From: Methanocaldococcus indicus
GTDB taxonomy: Archaea > AGJL01 > Methanococci > Methanococcales > Methanocaldococcaceae
Length of the DNA stretch: 64,000 nt
NCBI RefSeq assembly: GCF_049554935.1
Contig: NZ_CP186926.1
Location: 1,216,001 to 1,280,000, forward strand
Reading direction: 5' to 3'
Made by a program: the position numbers and the translations under genes. Shown here piece after piece: positions 1-10,552 of the stretch; the stretch's first letter is position 1, and the number at the start of each line of letters is the position of its first letter. A model generated the notes under the pieces. The model was not told the origin of the DNA. It saw only the letters and a list, made by a program, of their open reading frames with translations, and searched no databases.

Positions 1-2813
1 CAAGCACTTGAATAAATAGCATATTTAACTCCATTTCCATAAGTTCCTGGTGGAGAGCTAAATATTCTATATGTAGCTTCTCTAAATGATAATCCTTTTT
101 TTAAATTTTCAATTGTATGTTTTTTTATAAAGTTCATCTCTAATGGTTCATCTAACTTAGCTACTTTTAAAATAGCCCTATCTAATAGTTCTATACAATT
201 TGGAAACATATCCCTTAGAATTCCACTAACTCTAACAGTTACATCTATCCTTGGTCTTCCTAATTCCTCTAATGGAATTATTTCAACATCTACAACTTTT
301 CCTCCTTTATATCTTGGTTTAACTCCCAATAAGTATAACATCATTCCTAAACCTTCTCCATCAGCCCACATTATATCAGAAGCCATCCAATATAAAGCTA
401 TATTTTCTGGATATTTGTTTTCTTCTTGTAGATATTTTTCAATTAATTTTTCAGCTAATAATACTCCTACTCTATATGCTGACCTTGTTGGGACTTTATA
501 TGGGTCTAATGAATAAAAGTTTCTACCAGTAGGGAGAATATCATAATTACCTCTTGTTATTAATCCAGAAGGTCCTGGCTCAATATATTCAGCATTGAGT
601 CCTCTAAGTAATGATAAAATTTCATCACTTTCTTCAATTCTTTTGTTTATGTCTTTAATTTTGTTAGATAATTCAGCATCTTCAATTTCTTCTCCATCTA
701 AAACTTTTTTAATACATTCTTTTAGATTTTTATTGTTATATTCAAACTCTAAAATGCTTCTAATATATTCAACTCTATTTTTTGGTTTTTCTCCAAAAAT
801 ATGCATTCCATCATTACATTTTGTATTTTTTATTAATTCTAAGGTATTTCTAATATCTTCAAAAATTTCACTAAATTTTTCATGTATTTTTCCTTCTCTT
901 TCTATTTTATTGATTTTATCTTTAATTTTTTTGAAATTTGTCTTTTTTATTTCTTCTATTATTAAATGTTCTAATTGATGTCTTCTTGAGTTATCCATCT
1001 CTTTTAAATACTCCTCTATATAGTTATTTAATGTTTCCAACTCCTCATAAAAGGCATCTACCATTACTGTCTGCATGTGGTCAATAATTACTGCATAACT
1101 TCTTCTTTTTGCTATTGTTCCTTCTGGTGGATTATCTGAATTGTAGATATATAGATGTGGAATATCTCCAATACAAATATCTGGATAGCACTCATCAGAA
1201 AGAGCTACATTTTTTCCTGGGAGGAATTCTAATGTTCCATGTGTTCCTACATGAACTATTACATCTCCAATATCATTAAAATATTTATATGTGGCTAAAT
1301 AATGATGTGTTGGAGGACATTCAGGATTATGTAAGATTTTACAAACTTCTCCATCACATCTTGCTCCAAAGCAACCTCTTTTTGGTTGCACACATACATA
1401 GACATTTCCAAATTTTAAACCAGTTATTACAATTTTTTTCTTGTTGTTGATTTTATAAATCATTCCTTCATTTAGGTTTCCCCAAGTGTCTATAACTTCT
1501 TTTTTAACTTTTTCAGGTAGATTATTGAAAAATTCATAATATTCATTTTCATCCATTAGATAGAGATAACCTCCTTTTGCAACTATCTCATTTACAGTAG
1601 TCCATCTAAACTCTGATATTGCTTTTTTCTCTAAAATTAGATTAATGAGCTCTTTTCCATCTTTTGGGATGTTCTCTACATAGTATCCATTTTCTTTTAG
1701 TTTTTTCATAATTCTAATTACACTCTCTAAACTATCTAAATGTGCAGCACTACCTATTGTTACCTCTAATGATGAACATGCAGAACTGTGTAAAACAAAA
1801 ATAACCTTTCTATCCTTTTTAGGTTTGTATTTTAATTCTATCCATCTTTTAATTCTTCTTACAACTTTATCAATTCTTTCATCAATAGCTCTCTTTTTTT
1901 CTAATCCATTTAAATTTTCTGTTGTTCCTATAATTATAGGATCTATAATTCCTTCTAATTCTGGCATTGATATAGTCCAACCTATCTCATAAGATAAAGC
2001 TTCTTTATTCTCTTTCCAAGATTTGTAGTTGTTATAATAGCTAACAACTGGATGGAAAATAGGAACATTTAATTTCTTTAATATTTCTACTCCTGAATTC
2101 TTATTTAATCCTGAGTTGTCTTTAACTGTATTTAAAGGAAATGATAATAAATTTATTAGAGCATCAATAAGTGGTTTTCCATCTTTAAAGAAGTATTTTA
2201 GAATAGATTCTCCACTACCTAATGCATTTAGCTCTTCACACTTAGCTCCATAAGTAAAGACAGGAATTACATTAAACTCTTTTTCTAACCTTTTAATTAA
2301 TTTTTTAATAACATCCATATCTTCATTAACTAAATAGTGCCTTGAAAATAAAACTCCAACTGTATATTTTTTTGTAAATTTATATTTACTTAAAAATTCT
2401 TCTAACTCTTCAAAAACTTCCCCTTTATAGTAAATTCCTTGAAAAGGTTTTTTTACTACATCTACATCATAACCCAATAAATATAAAACTAAATTTTTAA
2501 AGTTTTCAATTCCTCCATATGTTGTAAATAGATAGCATTTCTTTGATTTTTCAGAATTCCAAAATTCAGGATATTGTGAAGTAATAATTACATTTTTGTT
2601 TATTTTCTCTATTTTAGACAGAGGAATATCATCAGAAGATGTCTTATAAATAAAAACTAAATCAGCATCTTTAATATCATCTAAAAATTTTTCATCAATT
2701 GGTTCTCTGTTTGAGTATATTTTATATTCAATATCAATGTCTTTTTTTAACTCCTCTAATGCTTTATTTAATATAGAACAGTAAGAAGCCCACATATAGA
2801 AGACAATTTTCAT
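1..2813 (-). CDS. cobN: Cobaltochelatase subunit CobN (3' end runs off the window)
   Basis: Not in the ORF track because it is truncated. The minus strand from ATG at 2813 reads MKIVFYMWASYCSIL. Later segments give CVQPKRGC..RCDGEVCKILHNPECPPTH, HVGTHGTLEFLPGK, GPSGLITRGNYDILPTGRNFY and LGRPRIDV, all CobN/Mg-chelatase H motifs. Confidence 0.93.
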   Translation of the reverse strand, partial: MKIVFYMWASYCSILNKALEELKKDIDIEYKIYSNREPIDEKFLDDIKDADLVFIYKTSSDDIPLSKIEKINKNVIITSQYPEFWNSEKSKKCYLFTTYGGIENFKNLVLYLLGYDVDVVKKPFQGIYYKGEVFEELEEFLSKYKFTKKYTVGVLFSRHYLVNEDMDVIKKLIKRLEKEFNVIPVFTYGAKCEELNALGSGESILKYFFKDGKPLIDALINLLSFPLNTVKDNSGLNKNSGVEILKKLNVPIFHPVVSYYNNYKSWKENKEALSYEIGWTISMPELEGIIDPIIIGTTENLNGLEKKRAIDERIDKVVRRIKRWIELKYKPKKDRKVIFVLHSSACSSLEVTIGSAAHLDSLESVIRIMKKLKENGYYVENIPKDGKELINLILEKKAISEFRWTTVNEIVAKGGYLYLMDENEYYEFFNNLPEKVKKEVIDTWGNLNEGMIYKINNKKKIVITGLKFGNVYVCVQPKRGCFGARCDGEVCKILHNPECPPTHHYLATYKYFNDIGDVIVHVGTHGTLEFLPGKNVALSDECYPDICIGDIPHLYIYNSDNPPEGTIAKRRSYAVIIDHMQTVMVDAFYEELETLNNYIEEYLKEMDNSRRHQLEHLIIEEIKKTNFKKIKDKINKIEREGKIHEKFSEIFEDIRNTLELIKNTKCNDGMHIFGEKPKNRVEYIRSILEFEYNNKNLKECIKKVLDGEEIEDAELSNKIKDINKRIEESDEILSLLRGLNAEYIEPGPSGLITRGNYDILPTGRNFYSLDPYKVPTRSAYRVGVLLAEKLIEKYLQEENKYPENIALYWMASDIMWADGEGLGMMLYLLGVKPRYKGGKVVDVEIIPLEELGRPRIDVTVRVSGILRDMFPNCIELLDRAILKVAKLDEPLEMNFIKKHTIENLKKGLSFREATYRIFSSPPGTYGNGVKYAIYSSA

Positions 2814-2989
2814 ATTCTCACTTTTAGATATTATAAAAAACATCTTCATTAGGGTAATAATAATACATAATATTAAATATTTTATTATTATATGTAATAA
2901 AAAGATTTCATCATTTATTAATAATTAATTGTTTATAATAATTAATATTAGTAAAAAATTCATTAAAATAAGTTAGAGAGCTTTTAGTA

Positions 2990-4131
2990 TCAACATATAT
3001 TTAGTAATCTCTTTATAGCAATCCAAATTAGGAAGGATTGAGGTTTAAGGATTCCATTGACAGGATTTAGGAAGAGAATATTCTTTTTAACTAAATAGAT
3101 ATAAATAGGAGTAGGAATTTCTTTTTTATCAATTATATATTTATCTTTAAACAATTTTAGGGCTTTAATTATATCCTCTTTTTTATTTCAATAACATCAT
3201 CTCCAATACTTACTTTTGGTTTTGAATAATCTAAGACCTCTAAAAACATATCCAACTTCTGAATAGCATCTTTAAGTAAATAATCTAAAACTTCTTTTAA
3301 CTCCTTAAATTCAAGCTCTTCAACAACATATTTAATATCCTTTGGCTTTCCACCAACATAAGAATAAATAAGTTCTTTCTCATCATTAGAGAGTTTTTTA
3401 TTTAAAATCTCTTCAGATAGAAAATCTATAAATTTTAAAGCAGTTTTTTTATCAAAATCATCTACTAAGATATATTTGGCTCTACCATCCAACATAGCTT
3501 CATTATAAACCTTCTCAATAAACAAGCTATCAGAGGATAAACAAAAAACATGGCATAGGTGTTTATGCTTAGTTAAGGAAATAAAATAATTAAATAGTTC
3601 ATAAATCAAAAATCCATTTATTTTTAAATCTCCTATTTTTTGCAATTCATCTAATATTATTATTGGTTGCTTTCCTTCTTTTTTAACTTCTAAAAAAATT
3701 TTAGTTAGATAATTAAAAACATCATCTGAATTTTTATCTTTTAATAATTGGTTTAATAGATTTTTAGGTATTGGTATGCCTGTTAAAACATTAGATGTTA
3801 TTGAAGCAATGGAAGGAATATCTATAAAGTCAGGGCTATCTTTAATTAATGGTTTTAAAAGATTTTTTAACCAGTCAAAAAAAGATTTTTTCGGAGTGTA
3901 TGTTTTAAACAAGATTCTTATGAAATCATCATATCTTGATATAAATATCTCCCTCAAATCAAAATAAAAAATAACATACTTATCCTTATCTAACCTATTA
4001 TTAATTATCTCATTTATTAAAGCCGTCTTCCCAGAGTTTATTGGTCCATATATAAAATATATAAAACTTGGCTCACTCTCTATTATTGAGAGTATCTCTC
4101 TTATCTCTTCCTCCCTATTAAAAAATTTCAT
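2990..4131 (-). pseudogene. Archaeal MJ-type ATPase (ATPase_2/STAND-related), frameshifted near the C-terminus
   Basis: MKFFNREEE start (ATG 4131), Walker [10 protein letters not shown], Walker [20 protein letters not shown]. The ORF stops at 3169, but the family-type C-terminus ([13 protein letters not shown]...KNILFLNPVNGILKPQSFLIWIAIKRLLNIC*) continues in the -1 frame to TGA at 2990. Confidence 0.85.
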
Positions 4132-4152
4132 AATTCCCCACCAAAACAAATT

Positions 4153-4167
4153 TTGAAACAGTTTCAA
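4153..4167. promoter_or_regulatory. Perfect palindrome TTGAAAC-A-GTTTCAA, candidate operator
   Basis: 7-bp arms with a 1-nt spacer, 22-36 nt upstream of the ATPase ATG, in the divergent intergenic region. Confidence 0.3.
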
Positions 4168-4263
4168 TATAGTTGTTTTTAATTTTATTATTAATTAGAA
4201 CCAAAAAGATTATTTATTTTAAGAATATAAAATAACTTTAAAATACTATATTGAGGTGAAATA

Positions 4264-5460
4264 TTGATAAAAAAGCTATTTATAATAACTATTCTTACAA
4301 TATTACCATCTGTTTTAGCAATGTCTAATCCTATAATTGTAGTTAATAAATCAACTGTTGATTATATAAACTCTCAACCTCTTTTAGATGATTTTTATTC
4401 ATATATAAAGTATAATTCATCAAATAACACTCTTTATTTATTTAGGCATAATGTAGATTATATTTTTGCTGATGATATACTATACTTAGATAATTCAAAA
4501 ATAACATTTGAAAGAGATAACAACTCAGTAGTTTTTAAATATTTATATGTTAATGTTTCAAATCCAATAATTCTTGGAAATTATAAACTTTACAAAATAG
4601 AAGATGATTATATTATATTAAAATCAAATAATTCAGAGGAATTTATAACAAACAGCTCTTTTAGTTATAAAGAATATAATATAAGTATTGTTTTAGTTTC
4701 ATTAGATTATTCAAATGTTATAGTAAATATATCAAAAAATAGTTCTTCTGAATCTATAAAATTGAATCTAGGAAAGCCTTATTATTACAAAGATTTTGAG
4801 ATAATATATTCCAATTACTCAAAATATTCTAAAAAATTACAATTTAAAGTCTATGATATTAAAAAAATATCTGTTGGGAATTATATTGATGGATATAAAG
4901 TAGTTGATATAAATAGTAAGTATGTGGAATTGGAAGTAAATAAAACCAATAAAATTAAATTTTTGAATTATTTAATTGAATATATAAAATCTGTTGGAAA
5001 CTACTCAATGTTTAAAGTTATTTATAACAAAACTGAGGTTTATAATCTAACTAATAAAGAACTTTTAGAGATAGATAACAATTTATATGCAATTAATAAC
5101 AATGGAACTATTTATTTATATTACAAAGACAGAAAAATAGATGAAAATAAAAAATTACATTTTGGTTTAGAAGATATTTATGGCATTAATTTATTAAAAA
5201 TAGACAGAGATATTATTTTAATTGGAGGTCCAGTAGTTAATAAATATGTAAGGTATTTAATTGATGAAGGTTATTTAAAAGTAAATATTACTAACAACTA
5301 TCCAGGAAAAGGTAAAGGGGTTATTGCAAAAATAAAGAATCCTTACAATAATAAATATTATATTTATGTTCTTGCTGGAAGTGATAGGGTTGGGACTAAA
5401 AAAGCAATTGAATATTTTATAAGTAATAGAATTAACAAAAACATAATATTTGTAAATTAG
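4264..5460 (+). CDS. Secreted S-layer-like protein with C-terminal S-layer-type domain
   Basis: N-terminal signal peptide, many N-x-S/T sequons, and C-terminal IILIGGPVVN...YPGKGKGVI...LAGSDRVGTKKA as in the Methanococcales S-layer C-terminal domain. RBS GAGGTGA precedes a TTG start. Confidence 0.75.
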   Translation: MIKKLFIITILTILPSVLAMSNPIIVVNKSTVDYINSQPLLDDFYSYIKYNSSNNTLYLFRHNVDYIFADDILYLDNSKITFERDNNSVVFKYLYVNVSNPIILGNYKLYKIEDDYIILKSNNSEEFITNSSFSYKEYNISIVLVSLDYSNVIVNISKNSSSESIKLNLGKPYYYKDFEIIYSNYSKYSKKLQFKVYDIKKISVGNYIDGYKVVDINSKYVELEVNKTNKIKFLNYLIEYIKSVGNYSMFKVIYNKTEVYNLTNKELLEIDNNLYAINNNGTIYLYYKDRKIDENKKLHFGLEDIYGINLLKIDRDIILIGGPVVNKYVRYLIDEGYLKVNITNNYPGKGKGVIAKIKNPYNNKYYIYVLAGSDRVGTKKAIEYFISNRINKNIIFVN

Positions 5461-5496
5461 ATACCACATCATTAACCCAAATAATGGTGTAGATAT

Positions 5497-6465
5497 ATGG
5501 AAGCTGAAAAGTTAAAATTACTATTAGAAGCTATTACACTAGCAGAAAAAAACAAAATTGAAGAGGCAATTGATTATTTAGATGAAATCCTAAAAAAAGA
5601 TGAAGCTAACAAATATGCAATATTTCTAAAAGGTTTATGTTATGAATGTTTAGGAAAACTAAAAGAATCAATTACTGAATATGAAAAACTAAATTTAATA
5701 TATAATAAACAAAATGCCATTATTTTAAATAAATTAATGAATCTTTATTTTGTATATGGGGATTTTGATAACTGTATTGAATGTATCAACAACTTTTCAA
5801 AAATTCTTGGAGAAACTATAACTACACAACTCTTAGAGGCTATAATATATGTTGAGATAGGGGAGTATGATAAAGCTCTCAAAGTTTTAGATAAAATCCT
5901 AAAAAAAGATGATAAACATGCCCATGCACTTAGATTAAAAGCTACATTACTTCATTCCTTTGGAAAAGTAGAAGAAGCTATTAAAATTATTGATAAACTG
6001 TTAGAGATTGATAAGGATGATGGATATGCATGGTATCTAAAAGGTAAGTGGCTAAAAGAAATTGGCAATTTTGAAGAGGCTTTAAAATGTCTTTATGTAG
6101 CTATGGAGCTAAAAAAGGATTTGTTCCATGTTCATAAAGATTTAGGTCATTTAGAGCTAATAATTGGAGATGTAAAAGAAGCTATAAACCATTTGGAAGA
6201 ATACTTAAAGAAATATCCTAATGATTTAGAAGCAATTTTATATTTAGCTATGGCTTATGAAAAAGCCAAAAAATATGAAAAAGCTTTAGAGTTATATAAT
6301 AAAATTATATCAACTAAAGAAAAACATATGAACTATACTGTATATTTAGCTATGCTACATAAGGCTGGTGTTTTAGAAAGATTAGGAAAATATGAAGAAG
6401 CTTTAGATATATACAATCAACTATTTGAAGCTGATAATCATGGCGAAAGTGAAAATAAACAATAA
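5497..6465 (+). CDS. Tetratricopeptide repeat protein
   Basis: Multiple 34-aa TPR units (e.g. [33 protein letters not shown]). Confidence 0.88.
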   Translation: MEAEKLKLLLEAITLAEKNKIEEAIDYLDEILKKDEANKYAIFLKGLCYECLGKLKESITEYEKLNLIYNKQNAIILNKLMNLYFVYGDFDNCIECINNFSKILGETITTQLLEAIIYVEIGEYDKALKVLDKILKKDDKHAHALRLKATLLHSFGKVEEAIKIIDKLLEIDKDDGYAWYLKGKWLKEIGNFEEALKCLYVAMELKKDLFHVHKDLGHLELIIGDVKEAINHLEEYLKKYPNDLEAILYLAMAYEKAKKYEKALELYNKIISTKEKHMNYTVYLAMLHKAGVLERLGKYEEALDIYNQLFEADNHGESENKQ

Positions 6466-7924
6466 AGAAAAAGAAGGGAAGTATTTAAGAGATGTAGTTA
6501 AGGGAGAGTTTTATAAAGAAGGTGCAAATATAGTTATAATTAAAGGAATTAAAAAAGAATCTGAAGAAGGTAGAAGATTCTTAATTAAGACAAATAAAGG
6601 GAATATAACTATTGCTATAACAGAAGATAATGAAACTGCTAATTTCTTTTTAAATAATTATAAGAATTTTGTTAAAAAATTAAGATGGGTTAGTGGAGTT
6701 GATATTGCCTTTGGACCTACAAGAATAGATTTAGAGATTTCAGATGAAGAGAAAAAATTTGAAAAATGGGATGTTCTTTTATCTCTTAGTGGTTTAGATA
6801 TAGATGAAGGACACTTAATTTTTATAACTAAAAAAACATCTGGGATTTATGGATTAAAAGAGCCAAAGATTGGAAGAGTTGTTGGAGGAAAATGGGTTTT
6901 GTCTAACTTAGAGTTAGGGGATTATATAATAGATATAGAACCAATAAGAGAAGAAAAAGAAGCAGTTGATTATATTACAACTACAAACTTAGATTTAGAG
7001 TTGGAGGATGGTTGGGAAATATATACATACTTTACAGCTGAATTTGATGGACCAGCTGAAAGTGTAGAGCACTGTTTAGCAGTGATGGAAGATAATATTT
7101 TTGAAGTATCAGATAGTACAAATACATACATAGCTGATTCAAGATTACAAACTTTAAAGATAGAGGAAGGTAATCTAATTGATAGAGATAGGGGAACCAT
7201 AACAGTTAGGAACTTTGGAGTTGGTGAAGGAAAAGTTTATATCTACAAAGAAAGTAGAACTTCCTCCTTATCTCACACTGTTGTAGGAAAAGTTAAAGAA
7301 GGTTTAGAGTTAGTTGATTTCTCAGATTCTGGAATATTAACTGTTAAAACAATTCCTGAAAGGTTATGTGTCATAGGATTGGAGTTAGATGAAGCATTAG
7401 AGAAATTAAAAAAATACAATATTGAGGTAGATGTTGAAGGAAATGGGATAGTTGTTGAGCAAGAGCCAAAATATACATTAGATGTATTAAAAACTAAAAA
7501 AGTTAAATTAAAATGTTTAGATAAAAGCAAGATATTGGTTATTGAGTTGTATGAAGATAAAGCCCCAATAACATCATGGTATTTTAGAAAGACAACAGGT
7601 TTAACAACAATAAGAGTAGGAAAACTTCATGTATATTTCAAACATAAAGATGTTGTTATGTTTAAAGGAAATCCTGAATATGCAAAAGGTCTCCTTCCAG
7701 AAAATACTCCAAAAGATGTAGTTAAAGCTTATGAAATTGGAGTTACAAACATGGTTAGTAGATATAAGGGAATGATTGGAGTTAGGTTAAGTGATAGTGA
7801 TAAGTTTGGGCCAACAGGGGAAAGTTTTGAAAAGACAAATATTGTGGGTAGAGTTGTAGAAAATTATGAGATATTAAATAAAGTTAGAACAGGAGATGAG
7901 GTTTATATCTTACTAAAAAAATAA
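6440..7924 (+). CDS. Methanogenesis marker protein 3 (UPF0288, cyclophilin-like)
   Basis: About 495 aa with [28 protein letters not shown] and [15 protein letters not shown] motifs typical of marker protein 3. ATG at 6440 preferred. Confidence 0.85.
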   Translation: MAKVKINNKEKEGKYLRDVVKGEFYKEGANIVIIKGIKKESEEGRRFLIKTNKGNITIAITEDNETANFFLNNYKNFVKKLRWVSGVDIAFGPTRIDLEISDEEKKFEKWDVLLSLSGLDIDEGHLIFITKKTSGIYGLKEPKIGRVVGGKWVLSNLELGDYIIDIEPIREEKEAVDYITTTNLDLELEDGWEIYTYFTAEFDGPAESVEHCLAVMEDNIFEVSDSTNTYIADSRLQTLKIEEGNLIDRDRGTITVRNFGVGEGKVYIYKESRTSSLSHTVVGKVKEGLELVDFSDSGILTVKTIPERLCVIGLELDEALEKLKKYNIEVDVEGNGIVVEQEPKYTLDVLKTKKVKLKCLDKSKILVIELYEDKAPITSWYFRKTTGLTTIRVGKLHVYFKHKDVVMFKGNPEYAKGLLPENTPKDVVKAYEIGVTNMVSRYKGMIGVRLSDSDKFGPTGESFEKTNIVGRVVENYEILNKVRTGDEVYILLKK

Positions 7925-7962
7925 ACTTTTTACAATAAAACTTTTTACTTTGAGGGAGTAGA

Positions 7963-8871
7963 ATGAAAAAGATATATATACTTATCCTTATTTTGTTTCT
8001 TTTAACAGTATCTATTTTTGCTGCAGGAATTTATTTTTTAGGAGATTTTAGTTTTGGAAATAAAATAGCTATTGTTTATCTAAATGGTCCTATTTATTAT
8101 GATTACTCAGAAGATAATTCAATATTCCCAACAGAAAAGAAAGATGCAAGATATTACATAAAGTTATTAAACAAATTGAGAGAAGATAACTCTGTTAAAG
8201 GAGTTTTATTAGTAGTTAATTCCCCTGGAGGAGAAGTAGTAGCAAGTGAAGATTTAGCTAATGCTGTTAAAAAACTTAGAGAAAAAAAGCCAGTAGTTGT
8301 CTATGTTGAAACATTAGATGCTTCAGGAGCATATATGGTTTCAGCTCCAGCCAATTATATAGTTGCTCATAGGGACTCTATAGTTGGAAGTATAGGAGTT
8401 AGGATGGATATTGTTCATTATTATGGTTTGATGAAAAAGCTTGGAATTAATGTAACTGTAATAAAAGCTGGAAAATATAAAGATATTGGCTCACCATATA
8501 GACCAATGACACCAGAGGAAAAAAGATATCTACAAAAGCTAATAAATGAAACATACATATATTTTGTTAAATGGGTTGCTGAAAATAGAAATTTATCCTT
8601 AAATTATACATTTGAAATAGCAGATGGAAAGATATATAGTGGAGAAGATGCTGTAAAAGTTGGATTAGTAGATGAAGTAGGAGATAAAGAAAAAGCTTTA
8701 AAAATTCTTGAGAAGTTGGCAAATGTATCAAATCCATCAATTGAAGAATATGGATTAGAAAGTAGTTCAGGATTGTTTGGTTTAAAAACATTAATGTATT
8801 ATTTAGGTTTAGGAATTGGAAATGGTATTGGAGAGGTTTTAGTGAAAAATGAAAAGATAAGGTTATATTAA
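7963..8871 (+). CDS. sppA: Signal peptide peptidase SppA (S49)
   Basis: NSPGG, ASGAY, GSIGV, GKYKD and G..A...GLVD motifs, with an N-terminal TM anchor. Confidence 0.92.
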   Translation: MKKIYILILILFLLTVSIFAAGIYFLGDFSFGNKIAIVYLNGPIYYDYSEDNSIFPTEKKDARYYIKLLNKLREDNSVKGVLLVVNSPGGEVVASEDLANAVKKLREKKPVVVYVETLDASGAYMVSAPANYIVAHRDSIVGSIGVRMDIVHYYGLMKKLGINVTVIKAGKYKDIGSPYRPMTPEEKRYLQKLINETYIYFVKWVAENRNLSLNYTFEIADGKIYSGEDAVKVGLVDEVGDKEKALKILEKLANVSNPSIEEYGLESSSGLFGLKTLMYYLGLGIGNGIGEVLVKNEKIRLY

Positions 8872-8904
8872 GTATAAAATTTAATTATTTGGATTAGGGG
8901 AAAT

Positions 8905-10056
8905 ATGGATGAATATTACTATATCTTTTTTATAGTTTTATCTATCATTTTTATAGTGCCTAATATCCTAAAAAGGTTTAATATTCCTGCTATAACATCT
9001 ATAATGCTTGCTGGGATGATTATAGGGCCTTATGGTTTTAAAATTCTTCAAATAGATACAACTTTAAAAGTTTTAGCAGATTTTGGAGCAATAATGTTAA
9101 TGTTCTTAGCAGGTTTAGAAGTGGATAATGAAACATTAAAAAAAGAGTTTAAAAACTCAATATTATTATCAATATTTTCTCTTGTTATTCCTGGAATAGT
9201 AGGTTTCTATATTGGAACTCTTTTAAAATTAAATTTAATAGGAAATTTATTAATGTCTGTTATATTTGCTTCTCACTCTGTGGCTATTGTTTATAGTATA
9301 TTAGAAGAACTAAAATTAGTTAAAAGTAGATTAGGAACTATTTTGTTAAGTTCCACTATAACAATTGATTTATTAACTCTACTTTTACTTTCCGTTGTGA
9401 TAAAATTAAGCACAAATTCATCAGATATATGGTTATTTATAACTGAGAGTTTAATATATATTGCCATTTTAGTTCTCTTTTTACCAATTATCTCAAAATA
9501 TGCCTTTAAACTTTTAGAGAAGTTACATATTCAAAGGATTCATTATGTTCTATTTATTATTTTTATAGCAATAATTTTAGGGGAAGTTATAGGAATTCAT
9601 CCAATAGTTGCTGCTTTTATTTGTGGAGTAGCTATAAGTGAAGCTTTAACAAAAGAAGAGCATGATGAACTTTTAAATAAAAATTTAAATGCTATTGGAT
9701 ATGGATTTTTTATACCTATATTCTTTTTAGTATTGGGAATGGAAACTAATTTCTGGGTTTTATTTGATATAAATAATTTAAAGCTAATATTTATAATTAT
9801 TATAACAGCAATTCTTTCTAAATATTTATCAGGATATATTGCCCTTAGATTTCTAAAATTTGATAACATTAAGGCTAAATTAGGAGCTATATTGACAGTC
9901 CCAAAAATTTCTGCCTCATTAGTAGCTGCTAATATTGGAGTGGAATTAGGAATTATAGATAATAATTTATTTTTTGCTATTGTTGCTTTATCTGTTGTTA
10001 GTTCAACATTAGTACCAATAGTTTTTAAAAATATATATTTGAATGTTAAGAAATAG
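8905..10056 (+). CDS. Cation:proton (Na+/H+) antiporter, CPA2 family
   Basis: About 12 TM helices; GMIIGP, LMFLAGLE and GFFIPIFF motifs. Confidence 0.88.
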   Translation: MDEYYYIFFIVLSIIFIVPNILKRFNIPAITSIMLAGMIIGPYGFKILQIDTTLKVLADFGAIMLMFLAGLEVDNETLKKEFKNSILLSIFSLVIPGIVGFYIGTLLKLNLIGNLLMSVIFASHSVAIVYSILEELKLVKSRLGTILLSSTITIDLLTLLLLSVVIKLSTNSSDIWLFITESLIYIAILVLFLPIISKYAFKLLEKLHIQRIHYVLFIIFIAIILGEVIGIHPIVAAFICGVAISEALTKEEHDELLNKNLNAIGYGFFIPIFFLVLGMETNFWVLFDINNLKLIFIIIITAILSKYLSGYIALRFLKFDNIKAKLGAILTVPKISASLVAANIGVELGIIDNNLFFAIVALSVVSSTLVPIVFKNIYLNVKK

Positions 10057-10194
10057 TGTTTAAAACAATATTAATATAAATTTTTACATATATATAAATA
10101 TATTAAAATCTTTTAGTATAATTTAAACAAACATAACATTTATATAATCCAAATATTAATTTGTCATTATTAATAATGATAGATTGTGAAGGTT

Positions 10195-10548
10195 ATGGAC
10201 TTTCAAACAGTTTCATTTATAACCTCAGGAATATTAATAGTTATAGGATTGTATGGTGTTTTTTTTGTTGATAATATTTTAAAGAAAGTTATTGCATTAG
10301 AAATTTTAGGTAATGGAGTAAATTTAGTTTTAATTACTATGGGATATAGGAATACTATCCCCATAAAACTTCCAGGTGTTTCTGAAGAATTTTTTATTAA
10401 AAATGCTTCTTATCCTTTAACTCAGGCATTAGTTTTAACAAACATAGTAATTGAAGCTTCAATGTTGGCTATAATATTAGGTGTTTCAATAATTCTCTAT
10501 AAAAAATATAAGACATTAAAAGCATCAGTTATCTTAAAAGAGGATTGA
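10195..10548 (+). CDS. ehbE: Energy-converting hydrogenase B subunit E (MnhC/NuoK-like)
   Basis: Three TMs, NILKKVIALEI...GVNL, PLTQALVLTNIVI (MrpC family); first gene of an Ehb-like cluster. Confidence 0.75.
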   Translation: MDFQTVSFITSGILIVIGLYGVFFVDNILKKVIALEILGNGVNLVLITMGYRNTIPIKLPGVSEEFFIKNASYPLTQALVLTNIVIEASMLAIILGVSIILYKKYKTLKASVILKED

Positions 10549-10552
10549 TAAA

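Noticed and set aside
595-978. 127-aa plus-strand ORF
   Set aside because: Antisense shadow of cobN, with the Ser/Leu/Phe-rich composition typical of reverse-strand reading.
2850-2900. AT-rich inverted repeats upstream of cobN as a possible metal-regulator box or cobalamin riboswitch
   Set aside because: Almost pure A/T so palindromes are expected by chance; there is no GC-rich structure that a riboswitch would need at high temperature.
4160-4185. Minus-strand AATTAAAAACAACTATATTGAAAC resembles CRISPR repeat ends
   Set aside because: Single short copy with no repeat-spacer periodicity and no cas genes. No CRISPR array was seen anywhere in the window.
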